From the NCBI GenBank assembly GCA_965227775.1, contig OZ245777.1:864001-928000 (forward strand): a stretch of 64,000 nucleotides of DNA. The letters run 5' to 3'. Under the pieces are notes generated by a model. That model was not told the origin of the DNA and ran no database searches. It saw only the letters and a list, made by a program, of their open reading frames with translations. Origin of the DNA: Phycisphaerales bacterium (GTDB lineage: Bacteria; Planctomycetota; Phycisphaerae; Phycisphaerales; UBA1924). The position numbers and the translations under genes are program-made. Positions 30,901 to 39,264 of this stretch are shown piece after piece (positions within the stretch are counted from its first letter, which is position 1; each line of letters opens with the position of its first letter).

Positions 30901-32036
30901 AACCACACGACGCCCAGCACGGCCACATTCGGTTTGGCATGAAGGCCATCAAGGGTGCGGGCGGGGGCGCGATCGAGGCAATCGTGAACGCGCGCAAGAG
31001 CGAGGACGGGCTCGAGCCGTTCCGCGATCTCTTCGACTTCTGCGAGCGCATCCCGCTGCGCAGCGTAAACAAGGCGACGATCGAGAGCCTGGTGAAGGCC
31101 GGAGCCTTCGACAACGTGCACTCGCGCGAGCAGCGGGCGGGGATGGTTGCCTCGATCGAGAGCGCAGTAAGCGCAGGTCAGAGCGCCGCGGCCGATCGCG
31201 CGGCGGGCCAGGGAGGCCTGTTCGGTGGCGCTGCTGCGGCGGAGGAAGCGCCCTCGCCTGCGCTGGTGAACGTCGAGCCCTGGGGCGAGCAGGAGACGCT
31301 CAAGAACGAGAAGGAGACGCTGGGCTTCTACGTCTCGAGCCACCCGCTCGAGCAGTGGGGCCCATGGATCCGTGCTTTCGCAAGCCACGAGCTGGGCCAG
31401 CTTGCAGGGGTCGAGCAGGGTCGCCGCGTGATCGCCGGTGTTATGGTGCAGAGCACGCGCGTGATCGTTGCGCGCAGTGGCCGCAGCGCGGGTCAGAAGA
31501 TGGGCATCCTCACGATCGAGGACACCACGGGAACGGCTGATGCCGTGCTGTTTACTGATGCGTACCAGCGGTACGCGCACCTGCTCGAGGACGACTCGCC
31601 CAAGTTCGTGCTGGGTCGGCTCGATCGCTCGCGCGGTGATGCGCAGATCATTGTTGAGCAGATGACGCCCATCGAAGCCGTGCCGCTCGAGGGCGGCAAG
31701 ATGCGTCTGTACGTGCGCGATAGCCGGCTGAATGGCAATGGGCCGACCGCGCTCGAGCGGGTGCACGAGCTGGCCCGTGAGCACGACGCATCAAAGAAGA
31801 ACGGCGCGCCCGTGGACGCGCCGTCCTCTCCCCTCGAGGTGGTCGTGTGCATCGGTGGGCACGAGCCCGTCGCCGTGCCGTCGACCAACCCCGCCCGCGT
31901 GCGGCTCGAGCCTGCCTTCATCTCGGGTGTCGAAGGCGTGCTCGGGCCGATGTCCGCGAGGCTCTTCGAGGGCGTTGCCGTCGAGATGCTCGATAAGCGT
32001 CGCAACGGCTACAACCGCAACGCTCGCGCCGGTTGA
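27984..32036 (+). CDS. dnaE: DNA polymerase III alpha subunit
   Basis: PHP domain HLHLHTEYSLLDG, ARGSG, PDIDID, KMDFLGLRTL, GVFQFES, YGFNKSH, OB fold; no intein. Confidence 0.98.
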   Translation: MALSDTKQDEGATLADQLLGQLGTGFAHLHLHTEYSLLDGGNRIDRLADRIKDLGTPAVAVSDHGNMFGAVAFYEACRKRGIRPILGVEAYVCPPGRPRQDRTYTGVSDGGYHLVLLAENITGWDNLMLLCSQAYLTGFYFKPRIDRDLLEAHSSGLIAINGHLGSELGDHLLAFVRNKSETSWEAAEESIEWHKRVFADEGTGPRFYCEMQHHVPEQVSINPHVIELAKKHGVPLVCDNDSHFLRAEDHDAHDTLICISMGKNKHDQERLRYTPELYVKTPEQMRELFEGEYGQDGVEACDNTLRIAARCDVELPIGANHAPVVVVRTPDELPDSQDAGYNGDLTAWYKDYCSRFELEPAADAGLDHDELNAQCDEALRSLAEGGMVWRYGPQIMAHKHKYAEGQPKTEAARAKAKDTDGFDKWARLNRELKILADKSISAYFLIVWDFVNWGRAKGIPALARGSGVGTMVGYVLGLSNACPVKYGLLFERFTDPDRSEYPDIDIDLCQDGRGDVIRYVREKYGHVAQIITFGTLKARAAVRDVARVLAVSLPAADRLAKAIPDQLGMTLDKAEAEDPEWADIAAGKPAALAKINDKLPPEQHADKETIQRLIANAKVMEGQARHASVHAAGVIVATRPLHELVPLYKQSGGGEDEAITQWDGPTCEKMGLLKMDFLGLRTLSVIERARALITSAMDDEAIYRAVGREKGDGGPHPLDLDRLTYDNPTVFEMFSRGDTTGVFQFESGGMRRLLMEMKPDRLEDLIAANALFRPGPMDLIPAYNKRKHGMEPVPTVHEIVDRFTAETYGVMVYQEQVMQIVHELGGIPLRAAYSLIKAISKKKAKIINAERPKFVDGAAKQGLTREKAEELFELILKFAGYGFNKSHSTGYAIVAYQTAYLKTYFPAPYMAAFLSFESQAQKVADWLPYLEDCKRTRVIDPKTGEVLRTGIEVAPPDVNLSGQDFEVVYRDDEPHDAQHGHIRFGMKAIKGAGGGAIEAIVNARKSEDGLEPFRDLFDFCERIPLRSVNKATIESLVKAGAFDNVHSREQRAGMVASIESAVSAGQSAAADRAAGQGGLFGGAAAAEEAPSPALVNVEPWGEQETLKNEKETLGFYVSSHPLEQWGPWIRAFASHELGQLAGVEQGRRVIAGVMVQSTRVIVARSGRSAGQKMGILTIEDTTGTADAVLFTDAYQRYAHLLEDDSPKFVLGRLDRSRGDAQIIVEQMTPIEAVPLEGGKMRLYVRDSRLNGNGPTALERVHELAREHDASKKNGAPVDAPSSPLEVVVCIGGHEPVAVPSTNPARVRLEPAFISGVEGVLGPMSARLFEGVAVEMLDKRRNGYNRNARAG

Positions 32037-32039
32037 GGC

Positions 32040-32744
32040 CTATGGGCAACCGGCGTCGAACTGCGTCAGGAAGCACAGGAAATCGAAGATGTCCAGCGAT
32101 CCGCAGCCGTCGCAGTCGGCGTGGTAGTCGCTGAGCGTGAACGCGTTCTGGTAGGCCAAGAAGTCGAACACGTCGAGCGAGCCGCTGCGATCGAAGTCCG
32201 CGTAGCAAGGCGAACCGACGTACATCGCCGTGATCTCGGGTTGCACGTCGCCTGGTGTGTACGCGTCCGAGCCGGTTGCTTGGCCCCACTCGACGCGCAC
32301 GTCATCAAGGTCGACGATGAGCACCCCGCTGGTGATGCTGAGCTCGATGAGCCCGCTCTCGGTGCCCATCGCCATGGCGCCCAGCGCTCCAGAGTCGATG
32401 ACGCCAGGGTCGAGCAGCGTGTACGGCGTGCCCAGATCGGTAAACGTCGCGCCCGGATTCATGTCGATCGGCCCGACGACGTCGCCGAACACCGACGTCT
32501 GGTGGATGGCGATGGCAACGCCCCGATTCAACAGTCGCGTGACGCGCTCGCCCGTGCCGGGGTCGGTTGCCTCCGGCTCGCCCAAGAACACCGCGAACGT
32601 ATCGGGCGTGATCGACACGCCCGCGTCGACGCGGAACTCGATGAACAGGGGTTCGTCCGGCGTGATACGGCGCTCGTTGTTGGCGTGCGCGACGGCTGTG
32701 CAGCCGAGCGCAGTCGTGAGTGCTGCGATTCGTGTGCGAGTCAT
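32040..32744 (-). CDS. Secreted protein with C-terminal GC-type dockerin-like domain
   Basis: Signal peptide; C-terminus CYADFDRSGSLDVFDFLAYQNAF...ADCDGCGSLDIFDFLCFLTQFDAGCP. Confidence 0.85.
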   Translation of the reverse strand: MTRTRIAALTTALGCTAVAHANNERRITPDEPLFIEFRVDAGVSITPDTFAVFLGEPEATDPGTGERVTRLLNRGVAIAIHQTSVFGDVVGPIDMNPGATFTDLGTPYTLLDPGVIDSGALGAMAMGTESGLIELSITSGVLIVDLDDVRVEWGQATGSDAYTPGDVQPEITAMYVGSPCYADFDRSGSLDVFDFLAYQNAFTLSDYHADCDGCGSLDIFDFLCFLTQFDAGCP

Positions 32745-32788
32745 GTTCCATCTCCCTTCGGGTGCTCTTTTCGTGCCCGTCGGAAGTC

Positions 32789-32817
32789 AGATTACCACAA
32801 CCCTGGATCGATTGCAA
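32789..32817 (-). promoter_or_regulatory. Sigma-70-like promoter of the dockerin-domain gene
   Basis: TTGCAA-N17-TAATCT on the minus strand, with an AT-rich UP-like stretch upstream. Confidence 0.6.
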
Positions 32818-32863
32818 GTTAAATTTTCGGTGTTCGTTTGGAGTATGGGAAGCCGAACTTCTT

Positions 32864-34093
32864 TCAAACTTCTGACAGCGCAAGCTCGCACATCATGCGC
32901 ACGCCCACCGGGAGCGCGTCGTCGTTGAAGTCGAAGCCGGGTTGGTGCAGCAACGGCAGCAAATCGATGTTGGCGCCGCCTGGTGCAAGGCCGAGCAGGA
33001 AGAAGCACGCCGGCACGTGACGCCCGTAGTAGCTGAAGTCCTCGCCGCCCATGCTCGCCTCGGGCACGATCTCAACGGCCGACTCGCCCAGCGTCCGCCG
33101 TGCAACAGCGAGCATGTGTTCGGCGCACGCCGCGTCGTTGCTTGTGACCGGGTAGCCCGGCTGCCACTCGATTTCTGCGGTGCAGCCGTGGGCTGCTGCA
33201 GTCGATTCGACGACGGCGCGGAAGCGGTCTTCCAGGATCGCGCGCGTGTCGTTGTTGAGCGCACGGATCGTGCCCACGAGCCGCGCATGCTCGGGGATGA
33301 TGTTGTTCGCCGTCCCGGCCTCGAACTGCCCGACGGTGACAACGCCAGCGTCGCACGGATTGACGCTGCGCGAGGCGATGGTCTGCAGCGCCATGACAAC
33401 CGCGCTGGCCGCAACGATCGGATCGGTCGCCAAGTGCGGCATTGCAGCATGCCCGCCCTTGCCGATGATGCGCACGTCGAAATCGTCGGTGCTCGCCATC
33501 AACGGGCCCGGCCGCGTCGCGACATTGCCCAGCGGCATGCGCGGCCAGCCGTGCAGGCCGAAGATGCGCGTCGCCGGCTCGCCAAGCCCGCCGCCGGTAG
33601 CGCCGCGCAGCGCGCCCTGCTCGCACATGACCTCGGCGCCGCCGCCGTCTTCCTCGGCGGGCTGGAAGATGAACAGCACGTTGTTGGGCCGCGTCTCCTG
33701 CGATGCAAGCGCCCGCGCCGCGCCGAGCAGGATGGCCGTGTGCCCGTCATGCCCGCACGCGTGCATCACGCCCGGGTTAGTCGAGGCGTACCGCTTGCCG
33801 GTCGCTTCGGTGACGGGCAGCGCGTCGATGTCGGCCCGCAGCGCGATGGTCTCGCTCGTCGCTTCGGTTGCGGGCAGGTACGCGATGACGCCGGTGCCGT
33901 TGCTGGCAAGGCCGGTCTTGACCTCGAGCCCCAGCTCACGCAGCTCGTGCTCGATGCGCGCCGAGGTCTCGTGCTCGCGATTGCTCAGCTCGGGGTTGCG
34001 GTGCAGGTCTTGCCGCAGGGCGGTCAGCCGCTCGTGGTCGGCAGCGATGGCCTGTTCGATCGTGTTCGAAGTGCTCGTCGAGGTCGTCGTCAT
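32864..34093 (-). CDS. M20D family amidohydrolase
   Basis: HRNPELS, LRADIDALP, MHACGHDGH, FQPAEE, GGHAA, GEDFS and LHQP motifs. Confidence 0.93.
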   Translation of the reverse strand: MTTTSTSTSNTIEQAIAADHERLTALRQDLHRNPELSNREHETSARIEHELRELGLEVKTGLASNGTGVIAYLPATEATSETIALRADIDALPVTEATGKRYASTNPGVMHACGHDGHTAILLGAARALASQETRPNNVLFIFQPAEEDGGGAEVMCEQGALRGATGGGLGEPATRIFGLHGWPRMPLGNVATRPGPLMASTDDFDVRIIGKGGHAAMPHLATDPIVAASAVVMALQTIASRSVNPCDAGVVTVGQFEAGTANNIIPEHARLVGTIRALNNDTRAILEDRFRAVVESTAAAHGCTAEIEWQPGYPVTSNDAACAEHMLAVARRTLGESAVEIVPEASMGGEDFSYYGRHVPACFFLLGLAPGGANIDLLPLLHQPGFDFNDDALPVGVRMMCELALSEV

Positions 34094-35004
34094 CGCCGCA
34101 TTGTATCGGCGGCGAACAGGGCGGCCCCGATGAGGCCCGCGTCGTCGCCGAACGCGCTCTGGCGGACGGACAGCGTCCGGCCCGGCGGGAACGCGTCGGT
34201 GTTGGCGGCTTGGCCTACGACCCGGGCAACCGCGGGCCCGATGCCCTCGACCAGCGCGCCACCTACCACCACCACGGTGGGCCCCAGCAGCGCGCACGCT
34301 GTGGCGGCCGCCGAACCGATGAGCCGCAGCGCCGCGTCGACGACTTCGGTGCACAACGCATCGCCCGCGCGATAGGCGTCGGCGATGGCCTCGGGCGTTG
34401 CCTCGCGCACGGTGCTGGCCCGCCCTTGTTCGAGCCCGACACGCACGGCCTCCACGATCGCCCGCCGCGAGCAGCATTGCTCCACCGTGCGCGCATCCGC
34501 CGGCCCGTCGGCGTTTACGATGATGTGCCCGGCCTCGACCGCGACGCCGTCGATGCCCAGGTAGACCTCGCCATCGAGCACCGCCCCGCCGCCGACGCCC
34601 GTGCCGATCCACAGCGCGATCATGTCTGCCTCGCCGCGCGCGGCGCCCAGGCGCTGCTCGCCCAAGGCCGCCGCGTTGACGTCGTTGATGAGCACCGTCT
34701 GCACGCCGAGTCGCTCGACAACCAGATCGCCGAGGGCGACGTCACGCCAACCCAGGTTGATCGCCGCGGTGATGGTGTTGCCGACGACGGGCCCGGGCAC
34801 GCCAATGCCGATGGCATTTGGGAGCTCGATGCCGGATTGGGCTGCAACATCTCGCACCGCGTTGGCGATCGCCGCGGCCGCCTCGTTCGGGTCGCGTGGC
34901 GCCGCAGCCTTTGAACGCGCAACGACGCCGCCAGCAGCATCGATGACGCCCGCGCGTAAGCCGGTCGCGCCGAGATCAACGCCGATGCGCAGCGGCGTCG
35001 TCAT
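34090..35004 (-). CDS. ROK family sugar kinase (glucokinase-like)
   Basis: IGVDLGAT, GIGVPG, NDVNAAALGE, GTGVGG, EAGH and AGLIGAA motifs. Confidence 0.9.
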   Translation of the reverse strand: MTTPLRIGVDLGATGLRAGVIDAAGGVVARSKAAAPRDPNEAAAAIANAVRDVAAQSGIELPNAIGIGVPGPVVGNTITAAINLGWRDVALGDLVVERLGVQTVLINDVNAAALGEQRLGAARGEADMIALWIGTGVGGGAVLDGEVYLGIDGVAVEAGHIIVNADGPADARTVEQCCSRRAIVEAVRVGLEQGRASTVREATPEAIADAYRAGDALCTEVVDAALRLIGSAAATACALLGPTVVVVGGALVEGIGPAVARVVGQAANTDAFPPGRTLSVRQSAFGDDAGLIGAALFAADTMRR

Positions 35005-35876
35005 AGCAGGTGTGCTCCGAGCGTCGTGCACGCATCGCTCGTTGCATGCTCGCCGATTGCGAACAGCGTCGAGCCGCTACCAGTCACGTGCACGGGTGCC
35101 TGCCATCGATGCACGAGCGTGTCTCGCAGCGCGGCAAGCTCGGGCCGCACCGACATCGCGGGTCCTGCCAAGTCATTGAACAACTCGGCGACGAGCGGCG
35201 ACTGCATCGCCAGCGATCGCACTTCTGCCTCGCGGAGCGGTCCGGGCTCGAACCCATCGAAGGCGGCGTATACGTCCTTCGTCGCGCACCCGAACGGCGG
35301 CACGGCCAGAGTCACAGGCAGCGTTTCGCTGGGTGCGGCAAGGCGCTCGATCGTGTCACCGAAGCCGGCGACGATCGCGGGCCTGGGAGGCGCATCGAGG
35401 CTCGGGTCGGCATCGTCGATGAAGAACGCCACGTCGCTGCCGAGCGTCATCGCCAGTTCGCGGAGTGTCTCGGGGCTGTGGCCGAGTCCGAGCAGTACGC
35501 TTCCTGCGCGCAACACCGCGGCGGCGTTGCTGCTGCCGCCTCCAAGCCCGCCGCCATCGGGCACGCGCTTGCGCAGCGTGATGTGCAGCGGTGCGCGCTC
35601 GTCGAGCTGATTCGCAGCGCGCACGGCGAGGTCGTCCTCGGCGTTCCACGCCAGCGGCTCGCCCGCGTGCACCGGCGCGTCATCGGCCCAACGCGCGTCG
35701 AGGGCCGGTCCATCCAGCGAGCGATCGACGCGAACCTCGACGTCATCGTGCAGGTCGATGGCGTGCATCCAGGAGCAGATGCGGTGCCAGCCCCTGCGCG
35801 GGCCATCACGCTCGGGCGGGGCCACCGCCAGGGCAAGGTTCAGCTTTGCAAAGGCTCTCAGCCGCATCGAGTCCAT
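35001..35876 (-). CDS. ispE: 4-diphosphocytidyl-2C-methyl-D-erythritol kinase
   Basis: AKLNLAL, KRVPDGGGLGGGSSNAA, LGSDVAFF, NDL and TGSGS motifs. Confidence 0.93.
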   Translation of the reverse strand: MDSMRLRAFAKLNLALAVAPPERDGPRRGWHRICSWMHAIDLHDDVEVRVDRSLDGPALDARWADDAPVHAGEPLAWNAEDDLAVRAANQLDERAPLHITLRKRVPDGGGLGGGSSNAAAVLRAGSVLLGLGHSPETLRELAMTLGSDVAFFIDDADPSLDAPPRPAIVAGFGDTIERLAAPSETLPVTLAVPPFGCATKDVYAAFDGFEPGPLREAEVRSLAMQSPLVAELFNDLAGPAMSVRPELAALRDTLVHRWQAPVHVTGSGSTLFAIGEHATSDACTTLGAHLL

Positions 35877-35923
35877 CGCCAACCCTATCGACCGATCGGG
35901 GCGGTCGATACGTACGATGGCCC

Positions 35924-37075
35924 ATGGCAACGGTTGGAGAACTCATCGACGCCCTCGAGACCTTCGCGCCCTTGCGATACGCGGGCAGCTGGGACAACGT
36001 GGGCCTCATCGTCGGCTCGCGCGGTCAGGCCCTGAAGGGCCCCGTGCTGCTGACCATCGACCTCGCGCCCGACGTGCTGGAGGAAGCGCGGGCCGCGGGG
36101 GTGTCGGCCATCCTGGCGTACCACCCGCCCATCTTCCACCCAATCAAGAGCCTGACTGACGACCACGCGATGGGCAAGATGCTGCTCGAAGCCGTGACGG
36201 CGGGCATGTCGGTGGTCAGCCCGCACAGCAGCCTCGACGCGGCCCCCGGCGGCATGTGCGACTGGCTGTGCGAGGCCATCAGCGGCTCGAAGACCGAGGG
36301 CTCCATCGCCGGCGACGTGCGGGCCCTTATGCCGCACATGGAGCGGCCCGGCAGCCGCGAGATCAAGATCGTCACCTTCGTGCCACACAAGGACGCCGAC
36401 CAGGTCCGCAACGCCCTGGCCTCCGCCGGCGCGGGCATCATCGGCGCGTACACCGCCTGCTCCTTCGGCGTCGAGGGAAGCGGCACGTTCTTCGCCAACG
36501 ACGACGCCAATCCGGTAGTCGGCGAGATCGGCCAGCTCGAGCGTGTCGAGGAGCTGCGCCTCGAGATGGTGTGCAGCAAGGCCGCCCTGCCCATCGCGAT
36601 GGAGACGCTCCGCCAGTTCCACCCTTACGAGGAACCCGCGGTCGACCTCTACGAGCTTCTGCCCGAGCCCGTGCGCCACGCCGGCGCGGGCCGGCGGCTG
36701 GTGCTCGACCGCCCCGCCGCGCCAGCCGAGATTGCCGACCGGCTCAAGACCTTCCTGGGCATACCGGCCGTCAAGGTCGCCGCCGTCGACGGCGACGTCC
36801 ACAAGCCGGTGCGAACGGTGGGCGTGTGCCCGGGCGCGGGTGCCTCGCTGCGCACGCACGCGCTGGCGGCTGGCTGCGACTTCTTCGTGACCGGCGAGAT
36901 GACGCACCACGAGGCACTCGAGCTGCTCCGCAAGGACTGCGGCGTGCTGCTGGCCGGCCACACCAACACCGAGCGCGGTTACCTGCCCCGCCTGCGAGAC
37001 CGCCTGGTCGACCTGCTGCCCGAGACCGAATGCATGGTCTCGACGCGAGATCGCACGCCGTTTACGTGGATGTGA
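35924..37075 (+). CDS. Nif3-like dinuclear metal centre protein (YbgI/DUF34) with PII-like insert
   Basis: WDNVGL, YHPPIF, HSSLD, HPYEEPA and GHTNTE motifs. Confidence 0.93.
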   Translation: MATVGELIDALETFAPLRYAGSWDNVGLIVGSRGQALKGPVLLTIDLAPDVLEEARAAGVSAILAYHPPIFHPIKSLTDDHAMGKMLLEAVTAGMSVVSPHSSLDAAPGGMCDWLCEAISGSKTEGSIAGDVRALMPHMERPGSREIKIVTFVPHKDADQVRNALASAGAGIIGAYTACSFGVEGSGTFFANDDANPVVGEIGQLERVEELRLEMVCSKAALPIAMETLRQFHPYEEPAVDLYELLPEPVRHAGAGRRLVLDRPAAPAEIADRLKTFLGIPAVKVAAVDGDVHKPVRTVGVCPGAGASLRTHALAAGCDFFVTGEMTHHEALELLRKDCGVLLAGHTNTERGYLPRLRDRLVDLLPETECMVSTRDRTPFTWM

Positions 37076-37472
37076 GGCGGGCGCGGAGATCATTGACAGC
37101 GGCGATCCAGGGTTCCGCGTCATTGACTTCTTCCCAACGCGCTCTTAGGTCGGACTCATCATGGAGCACTCGATCGATGATCGCGAGGCCGCGTTCAATG
37201 AGCGAAGCAGGCGGCTCGATTGGATGGGCCGCAACCCATTCGTCTACGCTTTCGGTGTAACTGTCGTGATAACCTGGGTTCCCCTTCAGACGCGCGAGGA
37301 CCTCGCATGCGGCCAGCGCCATTTCCTCGCTAGCCAGAAACGGAAACTCAGTCTCTCGCTCAACAGCAGCGAATGCCCTGTCAATCGGCGACAGGTCGTT
37401 GAACTCAGACATGGAGTCACCGAAGTCGCACGCATCATCATTGTCGAACGTGTTGTGTCCCCAGCACCCCAT
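37062..37472 (-). CDS. DUF4259-like protein
   Basis: N-terminal MGCWGHNTFDNDDACDF and C-terminal SDLRARW...LRARL match my recollection of DUF4259; SD AGGAG; lower GC. Confidence 0.8.
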   Translation of the reverse strand: MGCWGHNTFDNDDACDFGDSMSEFNDLSPIDRAFAAVERETEFPFLASEEMALAACEVLARLKGNPGYHDSYTESVDEWVAAHPIEPPASLIERGLAIIDRVLHDESDLRARWEEVNDAEPWIAAVNDLRARLTST

Positions 37473-37532
37473 GGCCGTTCTCCTCGCGTCTCGTTTTGAT
37501 GGACCGGAGAATCAACGCTTCTGGTATGATAG

Positions 37533-37568
37533 AAAAAGCCCCGCGCCGTGAGAACACGACGCGGGGCC
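37533..37568 (-). terminator. Intrinsic terminator of the upstream structured RNA
   Basis: Minus strand GCCCCGCGTCGTG-TTCT-CACGGCGCGGGGC-TTTTT; the G-U pair favours the minus strand. Confidence 0.8.
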
Positions 37569-37569
37569 G

Positions 37570-37730
37570 GTGCAGGGGGATGCGGCCACGATTGCCCAGA
37601 CGCTGGGCACGGCCTTTAGGCCGATGGCCGAACACCAACAATGTCCATTGCAGGCCGCTGATCGCCCACCAACCGGGGCGGGGATTGACGAGTGAAACGG
37701 CCCCGGCGGCCGCACGACCCCCCCACGCGG
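37570..37730 (-). ncRNA. Candidate 6S RNA (ssrS)-like structured RNA
   Basis: Folds by hand into a rod: closing stem, central bubble and long apical stem with many G-U pairs; followed by a terminator. Confidence 0.5.
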
Positions 37731-37763
37731 TGCCGCCAGCGGGTGGTTCTGGTACCATGGGCG

Positions 37764-38330
37764 ATGCCTGGCCCCCACGTTGCCATCTATCCGGGCTCGT
37801 TCGACCCCATAACCTTCGGCCACCTGGACGTCATCCGGCGGGGTCGGACGCTGTTCGATGAGCTGGTCGTGGCCATCGGGAACAACCCCAGCAAGCCCCA
37901 GCTCTTCACCGCCGACGAGCGGGCCTCGATGGCCCGGGACCTCGTCAACGAGATGTGCCGTCAGGAGCCCGGTCACGCCCCCGTTCGCGTCGAGGTGTTC
38001 ACCGGGCTCACGGTCGACTTTGCCAAGGCCGAGGGTGCGGCGGCGCTGCTCCGCGGCGTGCGCAACCTCTCGGACTTGCAGTACGAGGTCCAGCAGGCGG
38101 TGACCAACCGGCAGCTCGCGGGCCTGGAGACGGCCTTCATGGTCGCCGGCGAGAGCTTCGCGTACATCAGCAGCAGCCTCATCAAGCAGATCGCCGCGAT
38201 GGGCAGCGACCCAGACGTGCTCAAGAGCATGGTGCCCGAGGCGGTCATCGAGGCGATGTGGGCCAAGCGCGACCACCCGCTGCTGGCTCGCCTGCGGGCC
38301 GACCACGACCCGGCGAACGACGAGGGCTGA
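37764..38330 (+). CDS. coaD: Phosphopantetheine adenylyltransferase
   Basis: AIYPGSFDPITFGHLDVI, LLRGVR and ISSSLIK motifs. Confidence 0.96.
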   Translation: MPGPHVAIYPGSFDPITFGHLDVIRRGRTLFDELVVAIGNNPSKPQLFTADERASMARDLVNEMCRQEPGHAPVRVEVFTGLTVDFAKAEGAAALLRGVRNLSDLQYEVQQAVTNRQLAGLETAFMVAGESFAYISSSLIKQIAAMGSDPDVLKSMVPEAVIEAMWAKRDHPLLARLRADHDPANDEG

Positions 38331-38408
38331 CGCGGCAGGGCGCCCCGCAGAGCCGTTGGGCGGCGCTGCGGCTTGATCGGTGCCCGTGGGTGCGCCACCA
38401 TACCAGCG

Positions 38409-39239
38409 ATGCCCGGGCGGCTTGGGAGCTTGAAGATCAGCGGTCTGAGCCGATGGCTGGTCATCGGGGCCCTGTCGATCGTGGCGCTGCTGACGCTGGC
38501 GGGCGTGGTGGCGTTCTCGCTTTCAGAGCAGGCGCCCGCGTGGTGGCGCACCGTCCGCCGAGACGATCCGCGCACCGAGCAGACGGCCATCGCCATCGAG
38601 AACGGCCTGTGGAACGCGCTCTACCAGCGCCGCGAGGCGGGCCAGGAGCGCTGGCACGTGTGGGTGGGCGCCAACGACGCCAACGCCTGGCTCAACACCA
38701 CCATGCGGGACTGGGTCGCCGCCCAATGGGAGCTCGTCGGCTGGCCTCAGGAGCTCGAAGAGGTCCAGGTCGAGTTCATGGACGGGTACATCGCCATCGG
38801 CTTGCGCGTCGGCATGCCCGACGGCGTGCGCTACATCTCGGCGGTCGTCGAGCCCATCATCGACGAGAACGGCGCCCTGTGGCTGCCGGCCCGCACCGTG
38901 AGCGTGGGCCGCCTGACGCTGCCCGCGGGCGTGTTGCTGGACTACCTCCGCCGGAATCAGGAGGAATACGTGCCCCCCGCGCTGCTGACGCTGCCCGAGA
39001 CCCGGGCCATCTTCAACGCGCTCGAGGGCAAGGCCCCGCTGATCGAGGATGCCTCGCAGTCGCTGGGCGATGGTCGCCGCGTCAGCCTCATCGCGATGCG
39101 ACCCGTGGGCGCGCGGCTCGAGCTGTGGTGCACGACCTCGCAGGACGACGACCCAGACGACGGCGACGACCTCCGCCGCGTGCGGGCCCAGAGCCCCGCG
39201 GCCATGGCCATCGAGCGGGAGCAGCAGGACCCGGGCTGA
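38409..39239 (+). CDS. Hypothetical membrane-anchored protein
   Basis: N-terminal TM; genome-typical codon use; lies between coaD and lysS. Confidence 0.75.
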   Translation: MPGRLGSLKISGLSRWLVIGALSIVALLTLAGVVAFSLSEQAPAWWRTVRRDDPRTEQTAIAIENGLWNALYQRREAGQERWHVWVGANDANAWLNTTMRDWVAAQWELVGWPQELEEVQVEFMDGYIAIGLRVGMPDGVRYISAVVEPIIDENGALWLPARTVSVGRLTLPAGVLLDYLRRNQEEYVPPALLTLPETRAIFNALEGKAPLIEDASQSLGDGRRVSLIAMRPVGARLELWCTTSQDDDPDDGDDLRRVRAQSPAAMAIEREQQDPG

Positions 39240-39264
39240 GCCGCTTTTCCTACAATCGCGGCCC

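Noticed and set aside
37655..37700. Hammerhead-like CTGATCG...TGACGAGTGAAAC on the plus strand
   Set aside because: Lacks an intact CUGAnGA core with stem II; G-U asymmetry and the terminator favour the minus strand.
37585..37722. ZTP (pfl) riboswitch resemblance (GGGTCGTG...CGTCTGGGCA)
   Set aside because: The conserved GACTGGCG element is missing and the downstream gene is not purine/folate related.
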